Source: Carpediemonas membranifera BICM (lineage: Eukaryota; Protista; Fornicata). Taken from it: a stretch of DNA of 64,000 nt. The notes beneath the pieces are model-generated. The model searched no databases. It had not been told where the DNA came from and saw only the letters and a program-made list of their open reading frames with translations. The translations under genes and the position numbers were made by a program. Below, one piece after another: positions 30,264 through 40,582 of this stretch; the stretch's first letter is position 1, and every line of letters starts with the position of its first letter. The stretch is taken from NCBI GenBank assembly GCA_019828565.1, contig JAHDYR010000011.1, forward strand, positions 257,072 to 321,071, given 5' to 3'.

Positions 30264-30383
30264 CCTGCAGAGAGTGGGATTTGCCTTTTGCGCTCTAGGT
30301 TGAAATACGTAAATTCATTTATGGGACAGCTGGCTCATATGTATCAAAGCTGGGGCTATTTTCAACACTTCCAACAGCAAATC

Positions 30384-33113
30384 ATGAGCCGTTTCTGCTT
30401 ATTGTTGGCCGTGCTGCTCTTCTCAGCACTGTGCCATGAGTTCGACGGCCGTTTGCTCCGTGTGGAACTAAAACAACGTAACACTGACCATGTAGAAACC
30501 CTGAAGAACTCTGGCCTTGTCCTTGATTCGATTGAGAAGCCCAATTACTTCTACTTCTACTGCGATTCCTACAATATCTCCATTGACGAGCTTGCTTTCA
30601 TCAAGAACATTGATGTTGTACAGCCCTTTGTTGACCAGTCCATCATCAGCGACGAGCCCGCCCATCGCGAAGCCTCCAATTTCGGCCTCAGCGCGGAGTA
30701 TCTCCCTGAGAACGACCTGCCGTACCGCAAGCTCGAGCATATCGTCCTGACCCTGCACCGCGCCGTCACTGACGACGAGTACGCCCTCCTGGTCGACATG
30801 ATCAGTGAACGCCTCCGCCCCATCACCCGTGTCGAGCACATCGGCCGCCAGGGCCCCGGTGACATCGTCCTCCTCCTTCCGCCCACTGCTCGGCCCTCTC
30901 GTGTGGCCGGTGCTCTCGCGGACGTGCCTCACGTCAGGAGCATGGAAAGAATCAGCAATGCGCAGATCCACAACATCTACGCTGCCTCCAACATTCAGGG
31001 CACCGCCGACTCCGCCGATGAAGGCGTCGCAGCCACCGAATCGCGCCCTTTTTTCGACCTTGGTGTCAAGGGAAACGACATCGTCGTAGGTTGCGGCGAC
31101 ACCGGTGTTGACATGAACCACTGCTTTTTCCACGACGAGAGCGTGCCTATGCAGTATAATACCGACCTCGCCGCCCTGAACCACCGCAAGCTCGTCTACT
31201 ACCATGTCACGGCGGACACGGAGGACGGCAACGGCCACGGCACCCACGTCTCTGGCTCCATCCTCGGTACCCCCGCTGCGGCCGGCGCTGGCAGCATGTA
31301 CGGAGGCATGGCCCCCAACGCCAAGCTGTTCTTTACCGACCTCGGGAGCGGCACCTCTTCTTCCATGACTGTCCCCAGCAACTTGTACGCCAGCTACTTC
31401 TCCCCTGCCGCCTCGTATAACGCTACCGTCCACTCCTCGTCATGGTCATTCAGCGCCTCGTCGCTTTCCCAGAACTCCGACAAGACGTATGATTCTTACG
31501 AATACTACGTCGACCTCGCCGCGTACAACCTCAGAAACATGACCATCCTCCTCTCCGCGGGCAACGACGGTGGTGAGGTTGGCCCCTGGTCCGTTGCTTC
31601 CCCCTCTGCTGCGAAGAACGCCATCACTGTTGGCGCCACCTCATCCGGCTGGAACGCGTTCGTTGACGAGTTCTGCAACAACAGCTCCTACGTAGCCCCC
31701 GAGGGCTTCACCAACGAGAACATGGAGGACTACTGCCACTACGCAGACAGCCAGCTTATCCCCATGTGGCAGGCGAACTCTCTCGCCTCCTTCTCATCCC
31801 TCGGCCCCGCTTTCGACGGCAGGACCAAGCCTGACATCGTCGCCCCCGGCTACTACATCGTCTCCGCCCGGTATGAAAGGCCCACTGCCTCTGCTTCATG
31901 TGACTTGACTGCCGACTTTGTAGCAATGGCAGGAACCTCCATGGCTACGCCCGTTACTGCAGGCGCAGTCGCTCTCCTCCAAGAGTACATCTCCCGTGGC
32001 TTCCATGGGGACGGGACGGAGGGCTCGGCCACTGGGTTCATGCCCTCATCAGCCATGGTCAGAGCTGCACTCATCGCCACAGCTCAGGACATGGCAGGCG
32101 TTCAGACATTCCGCAAGGCAGATGCCAGCGCTGCCACCGTCTCTCTCGCCTCTGGCCCGAACAACTCTATTGGTTGGGGCAGGCTTGGGCTTGGTAACCT
32201 CCTCAACCTCGCCGTCATCCTCAAGGACGAGTCCGATCTCACCGCCGTGACTACCAGTGCAAACGTCCAGGCCTACGACTTTACGGTGAACTCTGTCAAC
32301 GAGGACATCAACGTCGGCCTCGCTTGGATCGATCCCCCCGCTGCGAGTGGAAGCAAGTACGTCATCGTGAACAACCTCGTGCTGTGGGTCAAGACCCCCA
32401 GTGGCCTCTGGTACACTGGTAACTTCAACGGCCCTGCCACACGCGATAACATTGACAACTACAACATCAACCAACGAGTCCGCATACCTGCATCCGAGCT
32501 TTCGTCCACCGGTACCTACACCATCTTCGTTGAAGGCACGGACCTCTACGAGGAGCAGCCGTACGCTCTCGCTGTCTGGGGCGACGTCGACCGCACCTCG
32601 TGGTCCTCCTCTGCCGACACCCTGCCCGCCAACCCAGGCGGCTGCAACACCGGCACTGAGTCCAGCGACAAGTGCTCGTGCCCTGCTGGCAAGGGCGGGG
32701 ACTCCTGTACCTACCCCGTGTACTCGTTGACGTCGGCCGGCATCGACTTCGACCTCACTCCCGGCGCCATCGCTATTGTGGAGATTCCAGCTGGGATTTA
32801 TGACTCGATCGCTGTTCAAATGACGAAGACTCCGTATGTAACCTCTGGCGAGACCGGCCGTTACGTCACTGGTGCCCTGGTTGACGCGATTGTCTCTGTT
32901 GACGACGTCGATGAGGCTATTTACTTTGCTGCGTATGACACGACTTCTCTGAGCATCCCTGTCTCGATGTACTCCTCGGCCGCTCGGGTCACACTCCGTT
33001 CCCGTGACGGCTGGAACACTATTGGTGTCTACGTCAACAAGGAGCCCGACTCGGCGTTCAGTGTTGGGATCAGCATGGTGCTGGTCGCGTTGATGATTGC
33101 TGTCCTTCTGTAA
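30384..33113 (+). CDS. Subtilisin-like S8 serine protease (Kp43/TagC-like) with EGF-like domain and C-terminal membrane/GPI anchor
   Basis: Signal peptide MSRFCLLLAVLL; triad motifs GDTGVD, HGTHVSG and GTSMATP; oxyanion SAGNDG; CSCPAGKGGDSC; hydrophobic C-terminus. Confidence 0.95.
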   Translation: MSRFCLLLAVLLFSALCHEFDGRLLRVELKQRNTDHVETLKNSGLVLDSIEKPNYFYFYCDSYNISIDELAFIKNIDVVQPFVDQSIISDEPAHREASNFGLSAEYLPENDLPYRKLEHIVLTLHRAVTDDEYALLVDMISERLRPITRVEHIGRQGPGDIVLLLPPTARPSRVAGALADVPHVRSMERISNAQIHNIYAASNIQGTADSADEGVAATESRPFFDLGVKGNDIVVGCGDTGVDMNHCFFHDESVPMQYNTDLAALNHRKLVYYHVTADTEDGNGHGTHVSGSILGTPAAAGAGSMYGGMAPNAKLFFTDLGSGTSSSMTVPSNLYASYFSPAASYNATVHSSSWSFSASSLSQNSDKTYDSYEYYVDLAAYNLRNMTILLSAGNDGGEVGPWSVASPSAAKNAITVGATSSGWNAFVDEFCNNSSYVAPEGFTNENMEDYCHYADSQLIPMWQANSLASFSSLGPAFDGRTKPDIVAPGYYIVSARYERPTASASCDLTADFVAMAGTSMATPVTAGAVALLQEYISRGFHGDGTEGSATGFMPSSAMVRAALIATAQDMAGVQTFRKADASAATVSLASGPNNSIGWGRLGLGNLLNLAVILKDESDLTAVTTSANVQAYDFTVNSVNEDINVGLAWIDPPAASGSKYVIVNNLVLWVKTPSGLWYTGNFNGPATRDNIDNYNINQRVRIPASELSSTGTYTIFVEGTDLYEEQPYALAVWGDVDRTSWSSSADTLPANPGGCNTGTESSDKCSCPAGKGGDSCTYPVYSLTSAGIDFDLTPGAIAIVEIPAGIYDSIAVQMTKTPYVTSGETGRYVTGALVDAIVSVDDVDEAIYFAAYDTTSLSIPVSMYSSAARVTLRSRDGWNTIGVYVNKEPDSAFSVGISMVLVALMIAVLL

Positions 33114-33783
33114 ATGAATACTTGTGGCGTTTGGTGGTGTTAGAGCATTCTTGAGGGTGTGCGGTTATGACTTGGGTTGAAACGAGACTGGTAACCACCC
33201 GGTAATGGCACGAGTTCAGTGTCACGGCTTTTTTCTGCCATCCTCATTCATTGGGTTGGGCAGGTTGGCGGACACAGCAATTACGCGCTCATCGGCTTGA
33301 CTCACCCCTCTACTATTGGTGGTCATGGCGGAGTGGGTGGTATCAAGGGATCGACCGAGGAACTTGGCAGAGACAGACCAGGCTGCCGATGAAACTGGAG
33401 GAGATGTCATGTACGAAAGCTGCATTTGTTAAGCGCATGTTAGACGTCGCGCACTCGTCCCACCACGACTATGATGTTGGATTCCGACTTACGAGGACAC
33501 AATCAGAGATACTAGTGGCAATCAAGGACAACTATTCATTCGTGCCCAGTTTTCGAATGATCTGACCCAGGCTGCTTCACCCGGAATCATGTGCTGTCAA
33601 ACGTCGGCCTCTGATCAATTTGAAAATTTGTGATTGAGTTTTTCGCATTGCTTTGTGGCCAAGAGCATTCGCATGAGAACTGCGAACTGCTGACTGGCGA
33701 GCTTCGGTGTGTCAGCTTTTTTCCGGCCATTTTTTTCATGAAAAAATGTGGAGCCGAGGCTTTCGTCGAGTACTACGTTTTGC

Positions 33784-34248
33784 ATGGACGTTATTGCTAA
33801 AACCTACGAGCAGCTTGCCCGCCGTACCGAGTCCGCTTTCGCCAAGCGCGTGTACCACCGCCTCCAGCTCACCCGTGTGAACCGCCACCCTCTTTCCATC
33901 GCTTCCATCGCCCGTTTCGTGAAGGAGAACGAGATTGCTGTTGTTGTTGCCCCCGTTACCAACGACGAGCGTATGATCGTTGTCCCCAAGATGCGCGTTG
34001 CTGCCCTTCGTTTCACCGAGACTGCCCGCGCTCGCATCGAGAAGGCCGGCGGTGAGTGCCTCACCCTCGACCAGCTCGCTGTTCAGTGCCCTACTGGCAA
34101 GCAGTGCGTCCTTGTTCGCGGCAAGATGCACTCTCGTGAGGCCCGCAAGCACTTCGGTATCCCCGGTGCCAAGCGCTCCCACGTCAAGCCCTACGTTGCC
34201 GGCCATGGCAAGAACCGTAAGAAGGAGATGTCTCACGGCCAGCACTAA
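33784..34248 (+). CDS. RPL18: 60S ribosomal protein eL18 (start uncertain)
   Basis: Motifs LARRTES.F, VNRHPLSI, VTNDER, VAALRFTETARARIEKAGGECLTLDQLA, REARKHFG and KPYV; strongly biased codon use. Confidence 0.95.
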   Translation: MDVIAKTYEQLARRTESAFAKRVYHRLQLTRVNRHPLSIASIARFVKENEIAVVVAPVTNDERMIVVPKMRVAALRFTETARARIEKAGGECLTLDQLAVQCPTGKQCVLVRGKMHSREARKHFGIPGAKRSHVKPYVAGHGKNRKKEMSHGQH

Positions 34249-34470
34249 GTAAAATGATTGAAGGATTACCACCTCAGCTCGGTTTGATTTAATGGTCAAC
34301 TTTACGGCGAAAATTATCAAAATTCGTAGTCCCGGAGACCATAAAGGCGAGTGGCACTTGTATGTAAGGAATACGGAGATCGCAAACCCGCGAAGGCCCT
34401 GGATAAAGCGAGGTCAACTTTTGGGCAAAAAAAGTCTGAAACGAACAACGGGCCGAACTTTGAACAAACT

Positions 34471-36606
34471 ATGGCCGCGACAGCAGAATCGTTGCCGCCA
34501 GAAATGAGTATGTCTTTTGGGATTGCGCAGGAGCCTGAAGAAGATGCCGAGGAGCTGGACCCTTTGCTTGTTGAGGAGGCGAAGCGAATTCTCGAGAAGG
34601 AGCGCCGTGCCGAGAGCAAAAAGCTCGAGCGCGAACGCAAGAAGCGCGAGATCATGGAAAAGCAGCATCTCGAGGCCGTATATCAGGCCAATCAGGAGAA
34701 GTTGCACCACGACTTTCGCCAGCGCGAGGCTGCACAAGCCCGTTTTGCCGCCGACAAGCAGCGTGAGCACATGCTAGTGAACCAATGGGTCAGCGACCTC
34801 AAGCTCAGCGTCATGGTGCTGATGAACCGAGAAAACGCTCGTGTCAAGACTGCAGACCTAGGTGCAGTCGTCGCAAGAGAAGGCGTCTCCAGATCACGGC
34901 AACTCAAGAAGAATCTGGAGTACAAGATGCAGCAGGAGAACGCCCAGCAGATCACGGCGAGGCAGAGGGAGGTCGACTCCCAGCTGAGGACGAAGGAGAG
35001 CAAGGCCATCGAGGCGGCCATGGAGGGGCTCCACACAAGAATCAAAGCCATCCTGCAGCCTCAGATTGACGCCGTCAAGGAGAAGGAGAGTGCTCTCAAC
35101 GCCCTCGAGGCCAGGGTCAGCGAGGGTAGGGCACGTGGCCTCGCACTCGACCCGCTGGTCGAAGGATCAGATCTATCGACCACACACCCCGACCCGGTCG
35201 ACCACCACGCGATACTCTGCACCATGGCGCGCCAGCACGCCTCTGACCATGCCGTTTACTCGATGACGAAGCGGGTTGGGTCGACTCATGCCAAGACGAC
35301 GAAGGCCCGCAACGACTACACCTCAGCCAAGCTACGGGTCGACATAGCAGAGGAGAAGGTGCTCCGTGTCCAGCGAGAGGTCCACCGCAGAGACAACATG
35401 CTTCCTGCCCTTAGCAAGGCGCGCCGTGTTTTCCTTGCGCAGTATATGTCTGACCACAACGATGAGGTGACTGCAGCGATCAAGGAGCACATGCAGAAGA
35501 TATACCGGGACACCCGACGTGATCTCACCGCTGATCTCTCGGCCAAGCTCATCGACACATTCCCCGCCCCCTCGTCGCCCGAGGACACCGTCCCCGCGCC
35601 CCTCACAGCAAGACCCAGCGAGCAGTTCATCGAGAAGTGCCGCGCCGCAGTTAACGCCATCCCCAACCTCAGGAACGCCTCGCTCCCCGCTGATCTTTTC
35701 ACCGAGCTCCCCGAGGCAACATTTGACTATGGAGTGCCCGAACCGCATTTCCTCGACAGGGCCTTCCCTGTGCAGTTTGAGGTGCCTTATCCAGACCCTG
35801 TGGTGCCCTTGTTCGACGAAGAAAGCTGGGCTCGGCTGTCCGAGGAGGTGGTGCGGGTTCCTTTCGTTGATAAGGAAATCGCATTTTATGGCAAGATGGT
35901 GGCTAACGCGACGCTTCAGGAGGCTGCCAGAGGATACAAGGCGCTCATTGACGCCCTGAAGAAGCCTGAGGAGACACCCGAGGCCAAGCCCGAGGCCACT
36001 GCTGAAGGAGCCGCGCCATCCGGCGAGGCTGGAACCGACGCCGCCGTTGTAGACAAGTCCAAGCTCGATAAGAAGCAGCTGCGGGCCCTGGAGCGGGAAG
36101 AACGCAAGAGAAAGCTCGAGGAGCGTAGACTCGAACGAGAACGGGAACGTGAGAGGAAGGCGAAGGCCAGGGAAGAGCAAAAGGCCGTCCCGCAGATGAA
36201 CAAGATGCCAGACATCTCTAAGCTCCAGCGGGAAGCCCTGAAAACATCGGGCGGCGAGGACAAGCTCACTCCTCTTGCCGAGGGTATGGTTGTTCTTCGT
36301 CACACCAAGAAGAACAAACCAACCAACCAGTACGTCATGCTGAGCGCTGACCGGTCAGCGATCACCTTTGGGGAGATTGATATGACAAATTTCAAGGATC
36401 CCATGAAACGGAAAGACATTAAGCGTGTCATCAAGGGCGCAGAGACCAAGGTGTTCAAGAAGGCGAAAGGGAAGCACCCTGGTGTGAACGAGGACCGCTG
36501 CCTCTCCCTGGAGGGACGGCGTGAGACCCTAGATCTCGAGTTTAAGTCGATGGAGAAGCGCGACGAGTGGGTCGAGCTGCTCGGGATGTGGGTCCAGTCA
36601 GTGTGA
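34471..36606 (+). CDS. Coiled-coil protein with C-terminal PLC-type PH domain
   Basis: Long E/K/R coiled coils; DIKRVIKGAETKVF...RCLSLEGRRETLDLEFKSMEKRDEWV. Confidence 0.75.
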   Translation: MAATAESLPPEMSMSFGIAQEPEEDAEELDPLLVEEAKRILEKERRAESKKLERERKKREIMEKQHLEAVYQANQEKLHHDFRQREAAQARFAADKQREHMLVNQWVSDLKLSVMVLMNRENARVKTADLGAVVAREGVSRSRQLKKNLEYKMQQENAQQITARQREVDSQLRTKESKAIEAAMEGLHTRIKAILQPQIDAVKEKESALNALEARVSEGRARGLALDPLVEGSDLSTTHPDPVDHHAILCTMARQHASDHAVYSMTKRVGSTHAKTTKARNDYTSAKLRVDIAEEKVLRVQREVHRRDNMLPALSKARRVFLAQYMSDHNDEVTAAIKEHMQKIYRDTRRDLTADLSAKLIDTFPAPSSPEDTVPAPLTARPSEQFIEKCRAAVNAIPNLRNASLPADLFTELPEATFDYGVPEPHFLDRAFPVQFEVPYPDPVVPLFDEESWARLSEEVVRVPFVDKEIAFYGKMVANATLQEAARGYKALIDALKKPEETPEAKPEATAEGAAPSGEAGTDAAVVDKSKLDKKQLRALEREERKRKLEERRLERERERERKAKAREEQKAVPQMNKMPDISKLQREALKTSGGEDKLTPLAEGMVVLRHTKKNKPTNQYVMLSADRSAITFGEIDMTNFKDPMKRKDIKRVIKGAETKVFKKAKGKHPGVNEDRCLSLEGRRETLDLEFKSMEKRDEWVELLGMWVQSV

Positions 36607-36925
36607 GTGGCGGTGCTGGTGTTCCTGTTATTGTTGTAAAAGTATCCCTCTGATGGGACTGCGGCTTGCCGTTTGTTTGGTTGTGTTGTCCAGTGAGTGG
36701 TTGGCGAGACGGTGCTCGTCATGTTGTTGTGAATGTCTGGAAGAGAATGGTATGGAAGTGCTCTATGTTTGGGTATTTTCCCGGGATTTCGACTGCTGCG
36801 TTGACTTTCTCACGAAAGATCAGACGATTTTAGACGATCTTGACGATCTTTGGCTGATGACTTTCTCGAGAAGTCTGACGAGGCGGAAACGCTCGAATTT
36901 GGCCAGTTAGCATCGAACAAGCTCA

Positions 36926-38371
36926 ATGCCCACTATTGAGGTGCCAACACACCAGTATTTAGAGGGATATGACAGTGAATCGACCACATCACTCGGGGAT
37001 CACCGCCAGCAGGATCATCTAGCCCCCATGACCTCTCTGTTCGCTGAAGACCCCACTGAGGACATCTTTGAGCCTTATCAGCCCAAGTCCTACTGGAAAT
37101 TTGTCCGCGGGATCCGCGTAGGACGCTTGGACTCGTTCAAAATCGGGCTATCAATGGGAACAGTACTTGCTCTTTCCATAGCGACACTGTGGTATGCTCT
37201 GAACCCGCCCATCATGGGCCTTCCCTCCTACTACGTCTCTGCGCCCATATTTTACGCGAACTTTCTCTTTTTCTTCCCCATACTATGCTGGGCTGCCGTC
37301 CTCTTCTTTTTTGAACGCTACTCAGTGCCCTATCACATCGTACTCGGCCTCAAGGGCCGCCTCATCACCTCAATCCAAGTGTTCAAGAACGCTCTTGTCC
37401 TTGCCAACCTCTGGCTCGGGTCATTCTTCTTATTCACACTGGGAACCCGGAATCACCTCACCCTCGACCTCCTGGGGCTGTATACCATTCATGTGCCCTC
37501 TACCATATTTACCGCGGTGAATTACATATCCCTATTGATTTACATTTGGCCAATACGAGGGTTTCACCGCTCATCGCGCCGGGTTCTCCTCAAAGACCTC
37601 GCCACGATTCTAGTCGGCCCGTTTGCTGTTCCCTTCTTCCGCAGGACGCTTGTTGCCGACATCACCACCTCTCTCGTCATTCCTCTCCGTCTATTCGCCG
37701 AGGGAACATGCCTCGTTGTCACCGGCGGCCTGTTTACGTTCACAGCAACGAAGAGGCAACCCATATGTATCACACTCGCACCCCTACTGTCAGACGTCGT
37801 CTCGGTCCTCCCCTACCTCTGGCGCTTCCTCCAATGCAGCTCGCAGACGTACCGCATGCCCAGTCACCGACAAAAACTGCTGCCAATCCTGAATACATGC
37901 AAGTATCTCACATGTATAGTTGCCGTGGCTGTGTCTGGTACTATTTCCGTGTTCGAGGACGCAGGAATGGTCACCTCTGCTCCTGTTGTCGCGGTCAAGC
38001 TCGGTATGGTCTGCTGCTCGACTATTTACTGCTATGTATGGGACGTGCTGTGTGATTGGGGGCTGTTTACCATAGATCACGGCCGTATTAGATTCAGAGA
38101 GCTTTTGTATCCAAGCAAGATTCCGTATCTTATCATTCCGGTAACGAATATTATCTTGAGATTTGCATGGGCACTCACGCTGACACCACACGGCCTGTGG
38201 CCGTATCCGCAGACGCTGAATCTGATCCTAGGTGCCCTAGAGCTTGTTCGTCGTTTCGTGTGGGTGGCATTCAGGGCAGAGAATCAGGTGGCGCAGCTGA
38301 GGTCTCAGCGGCGGCAGGAGATGGTCCAGGGCGTTGACAGCGCGCCTCTGCTGGGGTCTGTGGCCGAGTAA
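36926..38371 (+). CDS. EXS family (ERD1/XPR1/SYG1) membrane protein lacking an SPX domain
   Basis: Motifs VADITTSL, LPYLWRFLQC, LNTCKY, YCYVWDVLCDWGL, NIILRFAW and LELVRRFVWVAFRAEN. Confidence 0.93.
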   Translation: MPTIEVPTHQYLEGYDSESTTSLGDHRQQDHLAPMTSLFAEDPTEDIFEPYQPKSYWKFVRGIRVGRLDSFKIGLSMGTVLALSIATLWYALNPPIMGLPSYYVSAPIFYANFLFFFPILCWAAVLFFFERYSVPYHIVLGLKGRLITSIQVFKNALVLANLWLGSFFLFTLGTRNHLTLDLLGLYTIHVPSTIFTAVNYISLLIYIWPIRGFHRSSRRVLLKDLATILVGPFAVPFFRRTLVADITTSLVIPLRLFAEGTCLVVTGGLFTFTATKRQPICITLAPLLSDVVSVLPYLWRFLQCSSQTYRMPSHRQKLLPILNTCKYLTCIVAVAVSGTISVFEDAGMVTSAPVVAVKLGMVCCSTIYCYVWDVLCDWGLFTIDHGRIRFRELLYPSKIPYLIIPVTNIILRFAWALTLTPHGLWPYPQTLNLILGALELVRRFVWVAFRAENQVAQLRSQRRQEMVQGVDSAPLLGSVAE

Positions 38372-38516
38372 ACGGTGAGGCTGGGTGTCGCTCGGTTGTT
38401 TAATTGTGATGAGACGGGTGGGACATAATCTATTGTCAAGTTTATTCACGATGAATGGCAGACGTGTATACTTCAAAGAGCGTTGTGGGGTGGCTAGTGG
38501 GGTAAGGCAGGCTAAT

Positions 38517-38565
38517 GGTAGTGTGGAATACCGGGTCCCTTTTGGTCAGTGGTTCGACATCACAC
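38517..38565. repeat. Second copy of the 2649-2698 insertion terminus
   Basis: GGTAGTGTGGAATACCGGGTCCCTTTTGG(C)TCAGTGGTTCGACATCACAC, identical except for a 1-nt indel. Confidence 0.9.
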
Positions 38566-38722
38566 GCGGCCGGACGGCTGATTGAGACTTGACTCCGAGG
38601 CCCATGGGGTCGGCATGGAGCGGTAGACCTTGGATGACTCGGCCGTTCTTGTGGCGGTGGCTGCTCCCACTGCTCGGGGCACTCGGGTGGTAGCCGCAGT
38701 CGGATGCTGCTGGCGTTCGACC

Positions 38723-39181
38723 ATGGAGGCGTTACTGCTCGTGTGTTGTAAACAAAAACTACTTTCGAGAGCCGAGATCAGGACGCTCGTCGAGCAGAAC
38801 GACATCCTGCAGACGTGCCGGCTGGTCACGCTTGGCAGAGGCGCTGCTGTGGACGTCCCCATCATCCGCCGCTGCCCGGCGTGTCGCGAGCTGACCTCGC
38901 GCGAGGGCGACCTGGACAGCTGCAAGATGTCGTTCTGTCAGTGCGGCCAGGACTTCTGCCACAAGTGCCTGCTCCGCGTGGCCAACCAGCGAGAGCACAT
39001 GGCCCACTTCGGCGGCGAGTGCGAGATGGCGCCGCGCCAGACAGTCGATCTGCCCGAGGGCGTCACGAGGCAGCGCACCGTCACGTGCCCCTGGTGCCAT
39101 CGCTCGGCCACGGTCAGCGCGAACCGGAGGCAGGTCACGTGCCGCGGATGCAGGCAGACCATTGACGCGAGATCCGTGTAA
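38723..39181 (+). CDS. Small RBR-type RING2/IBR zinc-finger protein with a C-terminal CxxC...CxxC finger (possibly truncated)
   Basis: RRCPAC...DSCKMSFCQCGQDFCHKCL...H...C; VTCPWC...VTCRGC. Confidence 0.7.
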   Translation: MEALLLVCCKQKLLSRAEIRTLVEQNDILQTCRLVTLGRGAAVDVPIIRRCPACRELTSREGDLDSCKMSFCQCGQDFCHKCLLRVANQREHMAHFGGECEMAPRQTVDLPEGVTRQRTVTCPWCHRSATVSANRRQVTCRGCRQTIDARSV

Positions 39182-39587
39182 AGTAGTTTATTTCCCCCGG
39201 CCACGTCCTGCAGGTAGAGTGCGCGTGAGTATGGTGTCAGGGTAGTTTGTGAACCGCTGTTCGACTCCTCGTCAAAGTCACTGTGTTGCCCTTGTCCCGA
39301 CAGCCCTGGCCTATCGAATCCATGGAACATCTCATGTAGTTGGCTTGGCTGATAGTAATTCTCATCGGGCTCGTCACTGAGTGCCCGTAAACTGCGTGCC
39401 TCGGCCTGGGGCAGCGCTCGGCCATTTGACCTCACAGACGCGCCGATATACTGAGGGACCGAGGTAAACCAGTAAAATCACACTCGATTCAGCGCTAACT
39501 GCCCCAATATTTCCAAATCGTGCGCGGAATCTGCGATCTTTGCCGTCGCGGCAGCATCGACAAGCAGACAAGCGAAAAGTCGTAACT

Positions 39588-39875
39588 ATGGTCAACGTTC
39601 AAGAACTAATCAACTCCGATGATGTAGTCGTCTTCAGCAAGTCCTACTGCCCTTTCTGTGTCCGCGCAAAGACTGAACTCGCCAAGTACACGAAGTTCAC
39701 CGCCTACGAGCTCGAGACGAGGGATGATGGCAGCGAAATCCAGACGAAGATCAGCCAGATCAGCGGTATTCGCACTGTGCCGCAGATCTTCATCAAGGGC
39801 ACGCCCATTGGTGGCTGTGACGACCTGCTCAACCTCTCTCGCTCTGGTAAGCTCAAGAACATGCTTCCCAAGTAA
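39588..39875 (+). CDS. GRX: Dithiol glutaredoxin (CPFC)
   Basis: Motifs VVVFSKSYCPFC, RTVPQIFI, IGGCDDL and SGKL. Confidence 0.96.
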   Translation: MVNVQELINSDDVVVFSKSYCPFCVRAKTELAKYTKFTAYELETRDDGSEIQTKISQISGIRTVPQIFIKGTPIGGCDDLLNLSRSGKLKNMLPK

Positions 39876-40582
39876 TGACGCGATTAGACTAGTAAACATA
39901 CGTGTTTTTGCATACATGGAGCTCTTTTGAGCGCACAGAGGTGGTTGGGACGCATCTCGACAATGGTAGCTGTACAAGCCAACAAGACAACGACATGACG
40001 GCACGTCCGAGAAGCAGTGCACTATACGCGTGCGTAAGTGTCCGCTCACACCGGTGTCATTCTCAACCGGCCCATTTCTGTCAAACTAGTCTCTTCCATG
40101 TCAAGTCAACCCCGCTTGCTTGACAGCAGAATTCGGGTATGCCATGCATTGGTCCAAACGCCGAGTATGCCATCGTCCATTTTCGTCTTTCAGTGTCGTG
40201 CGTCATCTGATCCAGATGTGCGGGGTTCTCCAAGGTTGACTTGGCCCGCCTTGCTGCTCGCCATTCCACACAAGACAGCTTTATAGACTGTTTTAGGAAA
40301 CGCATACCAATGTCAAAAGTCAACACAACACCCACTGCTGTGCCGTAGAATACAGGTGGTTTATCGACAAAATCTTCCGCAGTTTAGGGTCACACTGCCA
40401 AGCCCAGGACAAGTAGCGCTGCTGTTAGCCTGTGCGGGTCAACTCACCAGTCATGGCCAGGACTGGCCAGACCTCGACACCAGGGCCTCCCTCTGTCGGC
40501 GAGTCTAGTCATGGACATCAATCACAAACACGAACAAGCCAACCTACACAGTCGCCGAGTCACTCCCACAGATTTATCATGA

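Noticed and set aside
29625-30383. 253-aa N-terminal extension of the 1162-aa subtilisin ORF
   Set aside because: It is the antisense shadow of the RRM gene (29667-30263). The signal peptide begins at 30384, so these are two divergent genes 120 bp apart.
33251-33565. 104-aa ORF between the subtilisin gene and RPL18
   Set aside because: Non-ATG start and no recognisable motif; cannot be supported, though a small spliced gene is not excluded.
36822-36850. GACGAT(T/C)TT x3 upstream of the EXS gene; also (CTA)n at ~24442 and TGTTATAAACAT x2 at ~25662
   Set aside because: Short slippage-type duplications with no further evidence of function.
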